DNA of 59,769 bases, counting the filler. It is 6 parts of 6 records of this genome, joined end to end, with 100 filler letters (N's around TTAATTAATTAA, not from the genome) between each part and the next. Parts side by side here need not be neighbours in the genome. Positions count along the whole stretch, not along the records: positions 16,443 to 32,533 come from SRR31156797_7742; 5 more parts are not named here. One strand, written 5' to 3'. The position numbers and the translations under genes were made by a program. The notes under the pieces are model-generated. The model saw only the letters and a list, made by a program, of their open reading frames with translations. It searched no databases and was not told the origin of the DNA. Below, piece after piece: positions 20,365 to 30,822 of this stretch. Within the stretch, counting starts at the first letter, position 1. Each line of letters begins with the position of its first letter.

Positions 20365-20555
20365 TTTCTTCGGTTTTAAAGATAATTTCCTCTGATATAA
20401 AGACATGCTTAAGTCTATAAAATTCTCTTCCAGGATACAATTTTAAATAAGATTTTATTCTCTCTTCCCTTTTGTTTGGGACAAAGGGGGAGTGTCGTAC
20501 TTGAAATGTGAGAATAGGTGACGAATTCAAATAAAGCTAGTTAGGGAGTTATTTC

Positions 20556-20667
20556 TCAAGTTTTACCTATTGCGCTTTAGGGTTTTCCCTATCCAAAAAG
20601 TAGTGCTTTCCTGAATCCAATTTTGGTGATCTCACCTCTTTTATCATACATCCATACTATACTTTTG
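20556..20667 (+). promoter_or_regulatory. Array of imperfect 14-bp inverted repeats plus Bacteroidota -7 element
   Basis: TCAAGTTTTACCTA (20556), TAGGGTTTTCCCTA (20578), TAGTGCTTTCCTGA (20601), TGGTGATCTCACCT (20624); TACTTTTG at 20660. Confidence 0.55.
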
Positions 20668-20720
20668 TAATGTATCCTTAAGTCATTAAATGATAAGGGT
20701 TAAAAACGGACAAAAGAGAA

Positions 20721-21122
20721 ATGGATAAAATTAAAGTCATAATTGTAGATGATAATCCTGCCGCGATAGAAGGGGTTAGTTTGGTGCTAGAGCAGGATGG
20801 GCGATTTGAAGTTTTAGCCACTTATAATAATGGTAAAGAACTTTTAGAATCCAGAGTTATAGGTTTATCCGATCTTATTTTAATGGATATTGAAATGCCG
20901 GTGATGGATGGAATTAAAGCTGCAAGTATGGTTAGTTTTCGTTTTCCAAGAATCAAATTACTTGCTATTACCATGTATCAGGATCAATTGTACCTCAGAG
21001 ATATTTTAGGAGCAGGTTATCATGGCTTTGTGAATAAAGGTAAAGTTGCAGAAGATCTAATAAAAGTGATTAATGATATTATGCATAACAAGAGAATATA
21101 TCCCAAAGGATTAAAAATTTAA
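20721..21122 (+). CDS. Single-domain response regulator (NarL-type REC without HTH)
   Basis: IVDD, LMDIEMP, GFVNK; ends right after the receiver. Confidence 0.88.
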   Translation: MDKIKVIIVDDNPAAIEGVSLVLEQDGRFEVLATYNNGKELLESRVIGLSDLILMDIEMPVMDGIKAASMVSFRFPRIKLLAITMYQDQLYLRDILGAGYHGFVNKGKVAEDLIKVINDIMHNKRIYPKGLKI

Positions 21123-21146
21123 AAACGAATTATTAAAGGTTAAGAT

Positions 21147-22253
21147 ATGAGCGATTTAACGATAGAAATTTTGAAATCATTAGGAACACTTCCTATTGCC
21201 ATTGTTATATTAAGGTTGATTTTTAAAAAATCAATCATGTTCCAGGTCAGTATGTGGACGGTTTCTTTTACTCTTTACGTAGCTGCGGCTAAAGCTGTAG
21301 AGTTTCATCTTGCAGGACATTTTGAATATATCATAACACCTTTGAATGTAGTAATAGGAACAGGTATATTTTTACATATTAATAAGATTTTAAGAAAGCC
21401 TTTGGCTGAGGCAATTTCTAAATTAGAAGAATTATCTGAAGGAAATTTAAATATAGATCTGGTTAAGTCAAACTCGACCAATGAATTAGGTGTATTGATT
21501 AATTCTGTTCTTAATTTATCAGATAAGCTGAAAACGATTATCTCTGAAATAAATAGCAGTGCTCAGAATGTATTGGGAGCCAGTACGCAATTAAATAGTA
21601 CAGCAGAAGAGTTATCTCAAGGTTCAACAGAGCAAGCCTCTTCACTAGAAGAAATATCTTCAACTATGGAAGAAATATCCGGTAATGTGGCTAACAATAC
21701 GGAAAATGCCAAGCAAACATCCGGTATGGCAAAAACCTCTACAAAAGGTATAGAGGAAGTAGCTAAAGTTTCAGATCAAAGTTTTCACTCTGTAAATACT
21801 ATTGCTGAGAAGATTTCTATTATCAATGAAATTGCTTTTCAAACAAATATTTTGGCACTTAACGCAGCCGTAGAAGCCGCACGAGCAGGAGAGGCTGGTA
21901 GAGGTTTTTCAGTGGTGGCAGCAGAAGTTAGAAAATTGGCAGAGAACAGTAAAAAAGCCGCTGATGAAATAGTATTGATGGCAGATAGTAGTCGAAGTCA
22001 AACCGAAAAGGCTAATCATTTGCTAAACGAAATGCGCCCGGATATTTCTAAAACATCTTCACTTGTTGAGGAGATAGCTGCAGCGAGTATGGAACAAAAC
22101 AATGGTGTTGATCAGGTGAATAATGCGATACAGCAGTTGAACTCATTAACACAACAAAATGCAGCGGCTGCAGAGGAGTTAGCTTCAAGTTCGGAAGAAC
22201 TAACTGGTCAGGCAGGAAGTCTTAAAGATTTGATTTCTTTTTTCAAATTGTAA
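21147..22253 (+). CDS. Methyl-accepting chemotaxis protein (short membrane anchor, HAMP, MA)
   Basis: [38 protein letters not shown] signature. Confidence 0.95.
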   Translation: MSDLTIEILKSLGTLPIAIVILRLIFKKSIMFQVSMWTVSFTLYVAAAKAVEFHLAGHFEYIITPLNVVIGTGIFLHINKILRKPLAEAISKLEELSEGNLNIDLVKSNSTNELGVLINSVLNLSDKLKTIISEINSSAQNVLGASTQLNSTAEELSQGSTEQASSLEEISSTMEEISGNVANNTENAKQTSGMAKTSTKGIEEVAKVSDQSFHSVNTIAEKISIINEIAFQTNILALNAAVEAARAGEAGRGFSVVAAEVRKLAENSKKAADEIVLMADSSRSQTEKANHLLNEMRPDISKTSSLVEEIAAASMEQNNGVDQVNNAIQQLNSLTQQNAAAAEELASSSEELTGQAGSLKDLISFFKL

Positions 22254-22346
22254 AATTCATAATATAGGTTTAGGTTAGATTGTTGATTTAAGTGTGAATT
22301 TAAGCTTTTCCCAGCTTATTATATTATAACGCGTCACACTTGTTAG

Positions 22347-22378
22347 AGTCCGCTGAAGAAGTTCAGCGGACTTTTTTT
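22347..22378 (+). terminator. Intrinsic terminator
   Basis: AGTCCGCTGAA-GAAG-TTCAGCGGACT + T tract. Confidence 0.9.
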
Positions 22379-22392
22379 ATGCTTTTTCATTT

Positions 22393-22463
22393 CCACTTCA
22401 TTCGAATATTTAACCATTTCATTTTATTAATAATAAATAAGGCGCAGCTATAATTTACTTTTG
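22393..22463 (+). promoter_or_regulatory. Putative LytTR tandem binding site and -7 promoter element of the RND operon
   Basis: CCACTTCATT (22393) and CCATTTCATT (22414), 21 bp apart; TACTTTTG at 22456. Confidence 0.6.
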
Positions 22464-22505
22464 TAATGTAAAATTCGAAGTATATAAAATCTAAAATAGC
22501 AAATA

Positions 22506-23573
22506 ATGAAAAGATTAAGTTTAATGATGTCCGGTTTGGCATTGCTGTTATTTATATCGGCATGCGGAGATGAAGGAAGTCAAAAAGCTGAGCAGGTAAG
22601 ATATGTGAAATCAACTGAAGTATTGCCGGTTAAAGGCAATAATATTTCCGTTTATAACGGAACGGTTAAAGAGCAAAAGGAAGTAACCTTATCTTTTAAA
22701 GTTGGAGGACCTGTACAGGAGGTGTTAGTTGAAGTGGGTGATTTTGTTCAGAAAGGACAGGTAATTGCCAAAATAGATAAGCGTGACTATAAATTACAGG
22801 TTCAGGCAACTGAAGCACAATACAAACAAGCTAAGGCTGAATACGAAAGATATCAACAGCTGTATGAGCGTAAAAAACTTCCTGAAAATACATTGGATAA
22901 ATTGGAAGCTGGCTATTTGATGGCTAAAAGTCAATATGAGTCAGCGGTAAATGCCTTGGAAGATACCGATTTAAAAGCACCATTTTCTGGTTATATCAAC
23001 CAAAAACATATTGAAGCATTCGAAACCGTAGGAGCAGGTCATCCTATTGCTGAGTTATTGGATGTGAAAAACCTTGAAGTAGCAGTGAGTATTCCTGAGG
23101 CTCAGATTAATGATATGAAGGAGCTAAATAAAATTACATGTGATATTCGTAATGCCAGTGCCATTGGAGTACCAGCCAAATTAAAATCATTAAGCAAGAA
23201 AACAGGTAAAGATAGGATGTATGATGCGCGCTTTGTGATTGAAGATGAGGTACACCATATTAAACCAGGCATGGTTGCAAAACTGAATGTTTATCAAGGC
23301 AACGAGGATACCAATGGGATTTTAGTTCCGGTAGAGTCTGTTTTTACTTCAGGAGCAGAGAAATATGTATGGTTGATTGAAAAAAGTAATATGGCTGTGA
23401 AGAAAACCAAAGTTTCTCCGCTTAAAATTCATGGAAACGGACTTATTGAAGTGGCAGCTCCAATTAAAGTAGGAGATGTTGTCGTTACTGCAGGGGTACA
23501 TTCATTGGTTGATCAGCAAAAAGTAAAGGTATTACCTAAGAAATCGGAAACAAACATAGGAGGTTTGCTATAA
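22506..23573 (+). CDS. RND efflux periplasmic adaptor (MFP) lipoprotein
   Basis: Lipobox ISAC; LSFKVGG, V.VGD.V.KGQ, LKAPFSG, GDVVVTAG. Confidence 0.92.
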   Translation: MKRLSLMMSGLALLLFISACGDEGSQKAEQVRYVKSTEVLPVKGNNISVYNGTVKEQKEVTLSFKVGGPVQEVLVEVGDFVQKGQVIAKIDKRDYKLQVQATEAQYKQAKAEYERYQQLYERKKLPENTLDKLEAGYLMAKSQYESAVNALEDTDLKAPFSGYINQKHIEAFETVGAGHPIAELLDVKNLEVAVSIPEAQINDMKELNKITCDIRNASAIGVPAKLKSLSKKTGKDRMYDARFVIEDEVHHIKPGMVAKLNVYQGNEDTNGILVPVESVFTSGAEKYVWLIEKSNMAVKKTKVSPLKIHGNGLIEVAAPIKVGDVVVTAGVHSLVDQQKVKVLPKKSETNIGGLL

Positions 23574-23577
23574 TCAT

Positions 23578-26500
23578 ATGGGCATGTTAGAAAAAGTATT
23601 AAAACAAAAGGCATTTATTACTTCCATGTTAGTGGCTGTGCTTCTTGGAGGAATTTTGGCCTTTGATGGATTAGGAAAGCTAGAGGATCCGGAAATTCCG
23701 GTTAAATCGGCTGTTATTATTACACCATATCCGGGAGCATCTCCTGCTGAGGTAGAATTAGAAGTGACTGATGTACTGGAAAAAGCCGTACAGAAATTGG
23801 CCAATATTGATTTTGTAGAATCCCGATCATTGGCTGGAATGTCTGAGATTACAGTTAATATTGAAGACAAAGTACATACACCTCAAATGCCGCAGATGTA
23901 TGATCATTTGCGTCGTAAGATTCATGATGCTTTGGGAAGTTTACCGGATGGAGCGCAGGAACCCATTGTAATTGATGATTTTGGAGATGTGTATGGAATC
24001 TTTATTTCGGTAAGCTCAGATGGTTATTCGTACGAAGAACTAAACGATTATGTAGAATATATCAAAAGAGAATTGTTGCTGGTTGATAATATCCGAAGAA
24101 TTGAGATTTTCGGTCAGCAAACTGAAACGGTAGATATTCGTTTCTCCACTGAAAAATTTGCGCAGTTGGGTATTAATCCCATGATGATTGTGCAGTCCAT
24201 CAATGATCAGGCATCTATAGTAAATCCAGGTAATGTAGTGGTTGGTTCCGAAAGAATCAGAATGAGTCTTGGTGCCAAATTCAAATCCATTGATGATATT
24301 AAAAATCTCTTGGTACAGGTTCCTGGTGGCGGTTCTTTTTTGTTGGGAGAAATTGCTACAGTTGAGCGTTCATTTTATACACCTAAACGTAACGACTTTA
24401 AATACAATGGTAAAAAAGCCATGTCCTTAGCCATTTCAATGGAGAGTAAAGTAAACGTGATTAAAGTTGGTGAAGTCTTCGATCAAAAAGTTGAAGAATT
24501 AAAAAAGAATTTGCCAGTTGGTATTGAGATTAATAAGGTATTCTTTCAGCCAGAAAGAGTTGATCAGGCCATTAAAGGTTTTATGAATAACCTGTTACAA
24601 TCTGTAGTTATAGTAATTGTAGTATTACTATTTGCAATGGGCTTGCGCTCTGGTTTGTTAATTTCCAGTGGTTTGGTATTTACCATATTAGCTACGTTTA
24701 TCGTGATGCAAGCAATGGGTATTGAGCTACAGCGCGTATCACTGGCTGCTATTATTGTAGCTATGGGTATGTTGGTAGATAACTCTATTGTGGTGGCTGA
24801 TGGTATCCTGATTGACCTAAAGAAAGGTGTCGAACGTAAAAAAGCATTTATAAATACAGCACAGAAAACGGCATTGCCATTATTAGGTGCAACAGTGGTT
24901 GCTATCTTAGCATTTATGCCTTTAGGTTTTTCTCCGGGAGCAGCAGGTGAGTTCTTAAAATCTTTGTTTTATGTATTGGCTATTTCTCTTTTCTTAAGTT
25001 GGATCTTTGCCATGATACAAACGCCATTTATGGCTAACTGGTTTTATCGTGGAAAAGTTGCTCAAAGTAAAGGCGATGATGAAGAGCTGTTTAATAATGG
25101 TTTATACCGTTGGTTCCGAAAGGTACTGAAAGGAATGCTTTGGCATAAAACCATTTTTATTATTGTTACAACGATAGTGCTGTTTATTTCGGTTTGGTCC
25201 TTTAAGTTTGTAAAACAGGAATTCTTCCCGGCATTGGATTACAATCAATATGTAGTGGAATACTGGTTACCTCAGGGGAGCGATATTTATCAGGTAGAAA
25301 ACGATTTAGATGAAATTCAAAAAGAATTAAGTACATGGGACGATATTGAAAAAGTGGTGACTTCGTTGGGACAAACTCCGGCACGTTATACTTTATTGCG
25401 TCCTATGACTACTTTGAACAGCAATTATGGGGAACTAATTATTGATGCAAGTGATTTTGAAGCGGCACAAAAAACAGCCATAGAAATAACTGATTACCTT
25501 CATCAAAACTACCCACAGGCCTTTGTTCGTTCAAGAACTTATAGCCCTATTTTCGGAGAGTATTTAGTGGAAGCCAAATTTACGGGTCCAGATCCGGCGG
25601 TATTGAGAGATTTAGCAGAGCAGGCAAAAAATGTAATGCGAAGCAATTCAATGACAGCTGTAACCACGGATAACTGGAATAACCAGAGCAAAGTACTTAC
25701 GCCTGAATATTCTGTAGAGCAGGCTCGTTTATTAGGCATTACTCGTAGTGATGTAGCTAACTCTTTAGCTGTCGCTTCCAACGGAATGCCTGTAGGAGCG
25801 CTATATCAGGGAGTAGATGTTTTACCGGTAATTCTTAAAATGGAAGAGCCAATTGGTAATCATGTTGAAAACATTGAGTCGGTTCCTGTTTGGGGTAATA
25901 CCATGAGCAGTGTCCCATTGGCTCAGGTGATTGATTCTGTAAAAGTGACCTGGGAAGATATGGCTATTCGTCGTTACGATGGTTTAAGAGCCATTAAAGC
26001 ACAATGTGATCCAAAGCCGGGTATTACAGCTCCGCAATTGTTTGCAGCTATTCACGAAGATATTGAAGCTATTGAGCTTCCTCATGGATATGAATTGGAA
26101 TGGTTAGGTGATCATAAAAACAGCACAGAAGCTAATCAGAATCTTTTTGCTCTTTTACCATTAGCATTGGGTATTATGCTGTTGATCGTTATTCTTCTAT
26201 TTAATAACCTAAAACAACCACTCATAGTGATGGGAGTTGTACCAATGGCGTTAATGGGAGTGGCTATCGGACATCATATTATGCAGGCTACCTTTGGTTT
26301 TATTGGAATTATAGGTACGCTCGGTTTAATTGGTATGATGATTAAAAATGCGATTGTGCTTCTCGATGAAATTAACGATGAAATAAGGCGCGGTATAGAT
26401 CCTTTAAATGCGATTATTAATTCAGCTATTTCTAGAATGCGTCCGGTAATGATGGCCTCATTAACAACTATTTTAGGTATGATTCCATTGTTATTTGATG

Positions 26501-26628
26501 TCATGTTTAAAGGTATGGCTGTAGCAGTAATGTTCGGGTTATTAGTAGGTTCAGTAGTTACTTTGTTGGTGGTGCCGGTAATGTATGCTATCCTTTATAA
26601 AGTAGATACGAAAGTTTTACACGATTAA
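23578..26628 (+). CDS. RND efflux permease (AcrB/AcrD/AcrF family)
   Basis: 1016 aa; YPGASP.EVE, GMLVDNSIVV, KNAIVL, RMRPVMMASLTT. Confidence 0.95.
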   Translation: MGMLEKVLKQKAFITSMLVAVLLGGILAFDGLGKLEDPEIPVKSAVIITPYPGASPAEVELEVTDVLEKAVQKLANIDFVESRSLAGMSEITVNIEDKVHTPQMPQMYDHLRRKIHDALGSLPDGAQEPIVIDDFGDVYGIFISVSSDGYSYEELNDYVEYIKRELLLVDNIRRIEIFGQQTETVDIRFSTEKFAQLGINPMMIVQSINDQASIVNPGNVVVGSERIRMSLGAKFKSIDDIKNLLVQVPGGGSFLLGEIATVERSFYTPKRNDFKYNGKKAMSLAISMESKVNVIKVGEVFDQKVEELKKNLPVGIEINKVFFQPERVDQAIKGFMNNLLQSVVIVIVVLLFAMGLRSGLLISSGLVFTILATFIVMQAMGIELQRVSLAAIIVAMGMLVDNSIVVADGILIDLKKGVERKKAFINTAQKTALPLLGATVVAILAFMPLGFSPGAAGEFLKSLFYVLAISLFLSWIFAMIQTPFMANWFYRGKVAQSKGDDEELFNNGLYRWFRKVLKGMLWHKTIFIIVTTIVLFISVWSFKFVKQEFFPALDYNQYVVEYWLPQGSDIYQVENDLDEIQKELSTWDDIEKVVTSLGQTPARYTLLRPMTTLNSNYGELIIDASDFEAAQKTAIEITDYLHQNYPQAFVRSRTYSPIFGEYLVEAKFTGPDPAVLRDLAEQAKNVMRSNSMTAVTTDNWNNQSKVLTPEYSVEQARLLGITRSDVANSLAVASNGMPVGALYQGVDVLPVILKMEEPIGNHVENIESVPVWGNTMSSVPLAQVIDSVKVTWEDMAIRRYDGLRAIKAQCDPKPGITAPQLFAAIHEDIEAIELPHGYELEWLGDHKNSTEANQNLFALLPLALGIMLLIVILLFNNLKQPLIVMGVVPMALMGVAIGHHIMQATFGFIGIIGTLGLIGMMIKNAIVLLDEINDEIRRGIDPLNAIINSAISRMRPVMMASLTTILGMIPLLFDVMFKGMAVAVMFGLLVGSVVTLLVVPVMYAILYKVDTKVLHD

Positions 26629-26638
26629 GCTTAAAAGA

Positions 26639-27976
26639 ATGTACAAAACAATTTTAATATTATGCTTGGGATGGGTAATGACTATGTTACCTGTTCAAGC
26701 CCAGAAAAAAGCGTTGACTTTGCAACAGACCCGAGATTTGGCTTTAGAGTTTAATAAAACATTGAAGGTCTCTGCATTGCAAAAAATTGAAGCAGAATCC
26801 AAAAAGAAGGAAGCTTTTACTAATTATTTACCAAGTATAGAGGCTAGTGGTTCAGCTATGTATTTTCCAACGATGGACAATAATGTAACACCTAGTATTA
26901 CTTTGCCATCAGCATCTAATTCAGGGGAGTTAAGTGATGCTATGATTCCTGGAATGTTGATTGAAACAGAACAGCTATCGGTTTTAAATGGAGGAGTAAA
27001 TCTAACACAGCCTATTTATGCAGGAGGAAAAATACGTCTGGCCAATAAAATGGCTGAAACAGGTGTTCAGATTAGTGAGCAGGCTTTTCAGTTGAAAGAG
27101 GCAGAGGTGATTCTAAAAACAGATCAAGCATACTGGAATTTGGCTGCCATGAACGAAAAGGTAAAGCTGGCCCAAAAGTATGTTCAAATGTTGGATAGTT
27201 TAGAGGAGCAATTGAACGATATGTACGAGTTAAGCCTTGTTCCGAAAAGTGAAAAACTAAAGGTAACGGTTCAAAAGAATGATGCAGAACTAAACCTTTT
27301 AAAAGCTCGAAATGGCTATCGCATTATGCAAATGAACCTTTGTCAGATTATAGGATTGCCATTGCAGACAGAAATAGAAATGACCGAGCAGGTAAATGAA
27401 AATCCTGCTTTGCCAGATGTATCTACTAGTATGGATAAAGCCCTGGCCGATCGTCAGGAATTAAAAATATTGGACGGACAAGCGCAGGTTTCAGCCTACC
27501 AAAAGAAGATGGTAAATGCAGACTTTTTGCCACAACTGGGAGCACAGGTAGGGTATCAGCATTATAAAATTAAAGATTTGGTTGATCAGGGAAATTTAAC
27601 AGTGGCGGCGTCTCTTACTGTTCCTATTTTTCATTGGAACGAAAAGAAGCATAAAAAGTCGGCAGCACAGGCTCAGTTATCGCAGGCAGAGTTAAATTTT
27701 AGCGAAACACAGGAACTGGTTCAGTTAGAAGTGCAGCAAGTGTTGATTCAATTACAAGAAGGTTATGAGTCAATTATCTGGGCACAAAAAAATAAGCAGG
27801 AAGCACAGGAAAGTCTCGAAGAAACACAAGCCAGTTACGAAGTAGGATTAAATACGACTACAGACTTGTTAAATGCGCAGGCTACCTGGCAAAATGCTTA
27901 TGCTAAGGAAATTGAACTACTGGCCAATTTTGAAGTGTTAAAAACAAAGTATAAAAAGGTAATAGGTTCATTATAA
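26639..27976 (+). CDS. TolC-family outer membrane efflux protein
   Basis: Signal peptide; duplicated OEP repeats (YLPSI..., FLPQL..., LTVPIFHW); operon with RND genes. Confidence 0.9.
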   Translation: MYKTILILCLGWVMTMLPVQAQKKALTLQQTRDLALEFNKTLKVSALQKIEAESKKKEAFTNYLPSIEASGSAMYFPTMDNNVTPSITLPSASNSGELSDAMIPGMLIETEQLSVLNGGVNLTQPIYAGGKIRLANKMAETGVQISEQAFQLKEAEVILKTDQAYWNLAAMNEKVKLAQKYVQMLDSLEEQLNDMYELSLVPKSEKLKVTVQKNDAELNLLKARNGYRIMQMNLCQIIGLPLQTEIEMTEQVNENPALPDVSTSMDKALADRQELKILDGQAQVSAYQKKMVNADFLPQLGAQVGYQHYKIKDLVDQGNLTVAASLTVPIFHWNEKKHKKSAAQAQLSQAELNFSETQELVQLEVQQVLIQLQEGYESIIWAQKNKQEAQESLEETQASYEVGLNTTTDLLNAQATWQNAYAKEIELLANFEVLKTKYKKVIGSL

Positions 27977-27995
27977 GTTTATAGTTATGTGTATG

Positions 27996-28033
27996 AACCC
28001 GGCTTTGTTTGCAAAGTTGGATGAGGCCGGGTT
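27996..28033 (+). terminator. Probable terminator hairpin after tolC
   Basis: AACCCGGC...GCCGGGTT followed by TT; large loop. Confidence 0.45.
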
Positions 28034-28152
28034 TTAGTAAAAAAATATGATTACCTGCTATGCTTAATGGGTTTTATATAGTATAATTAAAGTAGTCTTT
28101 TTATAGGATAAGTTATAGCAGGTAATCTTTTTATATTTATGTTTGTGAGGTT

Positions 28153-29220
28153 ATGAGGAAGTTGAGAAACATTGATGATAAGTGTAAACACTGGCGCAAA
28201 TTGCATAAAAAAGATGAGGACTTTGTGCAGTTTAGAAAACGTATTTTTTTTATCCTTCTGCTGGCAGTTTCATTTCATTTTATAACTTATAAGCTAATCC
28301 TTCGTACAGGAAATTTAGATTTCGGAAGTATGCTTTTTACGACTTCCATTTTTTTTACCTTTTCCGAGTTCACTTTATTGTTTAATCGCATTCTTTCCAG
28401 AAAATATCCATGGCATGAGAAGATGAATAAAAGAACACTGCTGCTTATTTTATTTAGTACGGTGTTGATGATGTTTATAAAATGGATTATGCCATTTATT
28501 GAGTCTTATTTTGTAAAAGAAGTGATTGATGATCCTGAAAAATATAACCTAACATTTGCTTTTGGTGTTCTTTTTATGATCATATATGTGGCTTTTATTA
28601 TTGCGCAAAACTTTCATAAAAGCCTGGAGTTTTTTATGGTAGAAAACGAAAAGCTTAAGCAAGATAAAATTCTTGGAGATTATAAAGCATTGCAGGATCA
28701 GCTAAACCCTCATTTTTTATTCAATAACCTGAGTACACTAATTGCAATTATTCGTACAGATAAAGAAAAAGCAATAAACTTTGCCGAAAGTTTTACCGAT
28801 GTTTATCGTTATCTTTTAATAGAGGAGGGAAGAGTCGCAATTTCGGTTAGAGATGAATTAAAGTTTTTGGAGGCATATACCAACCTGCATAAAGCCAGAA
28901 TTGGAGAAGGCTTGCAAGTATCGGTTGGTATAAGTGAAGAATATTTGGATAAACGTTTGCCGCATTTAAGCTTACAAGTGTTAGTTGAGAATGCCATTAA
29001 ACACAATATTACTTCTAAAAGTAAGCCGCTTTCAATAAAGATCGGCGTTTCAAACGGAAAGCTTTTTGTGCAGAATAATAAACAAATTAAGGAGTCCACC
29101 TATTCCACAAAAACAGGTTTATCAAACTTGGGTAAACGTTTGAAAATTTTAACTGATGAAGCTTATCATATTATAGAAGACGAACAGATGTATAAGGTTG
29201 AGATTCCTTTGATTGATTAA
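28153..29220 (+). CDS. LytS-type sensor histidine kinase
   Basis: TM helices; QLNPHFLFNNL, LQVLVENAIKHN, GLSNL. Confidence 0.92.
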   Translation: MRKLRNIDDKCKHWRKLHKKDEDFVQFRKRIFFILLLAVSFHFITYKLILRTGNLDFGSMLFTTSIFFTFSEFTLLFNRILSRKYPWHEKMNKRTLLLILFSTVLMMFIKWIMPFIESYFVKEVIDDPEKYNLTFAFGVLFMIIYVAFIIAQNFHKSLEFFMVENEKLKQDKILGDYKALQDQLNPHFLFNNLSTLIAIIRTDKEKAINFAESFTDVYRYLLIEEGRVAISVRDELKFLEAYTNLHKARIGEGLQVSVGISEEYLDKRLPHLSLQVLVENAIKHNITSKSKPLSIKIGVSNGKLFVQNNKQIKESTYSTKTGLSNLGKRLKILTDEAYHIIEDEQMYKVEIPLID

Positions 29221-29235
29221 CTAAAAAACAGGATT

Positions 29236-30012
29236 ATGGCATATCATTATATTATAGTGGAAGATGAAGTGCATAGTGCACAAATGTTAGAAAGTATGAT
29301 AGGCGATATACGCCCGGATTGGTCTTTGGACGGAACGTTTGATAGTGTTGAAGAAACGGTTAACTACCTTCAAAATAATGAGCATCCCAATTTAATCTTT
29401 CTGGATATTCAATTAGCCGACGGGCTGTGTTTTTCTATTTTTGATAAAGTAAAAGTTGAAAGTGGAATTATATTTACCACCGCATATGATGAATACGCAT
29501 TAAAAGCATTTAAGCTTAATAGTATTGATTATATACTAAAACCGGTGAAGGAATCAGCTTTAGTATCGGCCATTCAAAAGTTGGAAAATGTTTTGCAGCT
29601 TTTAGAAAGTGAGTCTAAGCCTGAAATTGATTATGCCGAATTACTAAAAGGCATCAAGGATGGACAAGTTAATTACCGAAAACGCTTTTTAATTTCAAAA
29701 CGAGAATCTTATTTTACGCTTCCGCTTGAAGATGTAGCTTATATTTACTTTGAAAGTAAAATGACCTATGCTGTAAATTTCGACGGCAAAGAGCACATCG
29801 TTAATTTTACTTTGGATAAACTGGAAGAAGAATTGGATCCTAAGTTTTTTATCAGAGCCAACCGACAAGCTATTGTCAACCTAAATGCTATTCATTCGCT
29901 CGAAAACTATTTTGGAGGAAAACTCATCGTCAAACTTTTGCCACAGCTAGATCAAAAGTTTGTGATCAGTAGGGCAAAAGCTTCGGTTTTTAAAGATTGG
30001 CTGGATAGTTAA
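29236..30012 (+). CDS. LytTR-family response regulator
   Basis: REC (FLDIQL.DG, FTTAYDEYAL, LKP) + LytTR (FIRANRQAIVN). Confidence 0.93.
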   Translation: MAYHYIIVEDEVHSAQMLESMIGDIRPDWSLDGTFDSVEETVNYLQNNEHPNLIFLDIQLADGLCFSIFDKVKVESGIIFTTAYDEYALKAFKLNSIDYILKPVKESALVSAIQKLENVLQLLESESKPEIDYAELLKGIKDGQVNYRKRFLISKRESYFTLPLEDVAYIYFESKMTYAVNFDGKEHIVNFTLDKLEEELDPKFFIRANRQAIVNLNAIHSLENYFGGKLIVKLLPQLDQKFVISRAKASVFKDWLDS

Positions 30013-30389
30013 TGTTGAATGGATGCTTTTTTCTGAAATTGCATAAATGAACTCAATTCACTAACTACTTTACGATTATTGCCTATAAATATGCGGTCTT
30101 CCACTATAAAAACCGGACGTTTTAAAAAGGTGTATTCCTTTAAAATAAGCTGACGCATTTCATCTTCGCCCAATTCTTTTAAATGCAGGCTAAGCTCACG
30201 GTATTTACGAGCCTGTTTATTAAAAATGTTTTTGTAGCTTTTGGTATAGGCGTATATCTCATCCAGTTGTTCCGGTGTTATGGGTTCGCTTTTTAAATCC
30301 TGATAAACGAATTCATCGCTGGGTTCAACCTCTTTCATAATTCTCCTGCAGGTAGAGCACGTAGATAAGTAGTATATTTTCTTCATCAA
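30009..30389 (-). CDS. ArsC/Spx-like (thioredoxin-fold) protein
   Basis: CSTCRR and LKRPV motifs. Confidence 0.85.
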   Translation of the reverse strand: MMKKIYYLSTCSTCRRIMKEVEPSDEFVYQDLKSEPITPEQLDEIYAYTKSYKNIFNKQARKYRELSLHLKELGEDEMRQLILKEYTFLKRPVFIVEDRIFIGNNRKVVSELSSFMQFQKKASIQH

Positions 30390-30822
30390 TTTCTGTTTTT
30401 CATCTCACAATAAGTAATACTCTTAATTGTATATGAAGGAACTTACATTAAAATTTTAAATGCTTGTTTCATTTAACAATATCATATGATGCAATCATGT
30501 ATTCATGTTGTGTTGCCTTCCAATTAAAGTCTTTATATACTGCTAAAAACTGAAAGTAATGAATTATAAGGTTGGATATTCAATTAAAAGGTTAAGCCAA
30601 AAGAATATTTTATAAACACAATATATTGGTAGATAAAAAAAAGATGTATTTATATTTTTATATACGTGCAAATTTCAATTACTTATTACTCCATCTGCTA
30701 TCTTTTGTTAACTGAAATTAAATTCAACCGATAGAAATTGGGTAAAAAAAGCAGCCAAATATCATTAGTGATAAAACGCAGATAGTTGTATATTGCAGCC
30801 TTAAATTTTATAAGTAAATACC

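Noticed and set aside
17389-29099. Short minus-strand ORFs in contig 3 (17389-17619, 18881-19306, 23574-23870, 25539-25781, 28809-29099)
   Set aside because: Antisense to confident genes; typical reverse-frame artefacts
30390-30822. 430-bp intergenic region between the arsC-like gene and the hypothetical gene
   Set aside because: AT-rich divergent promoter region; I found no convincing ORF, riboswitch or repeat
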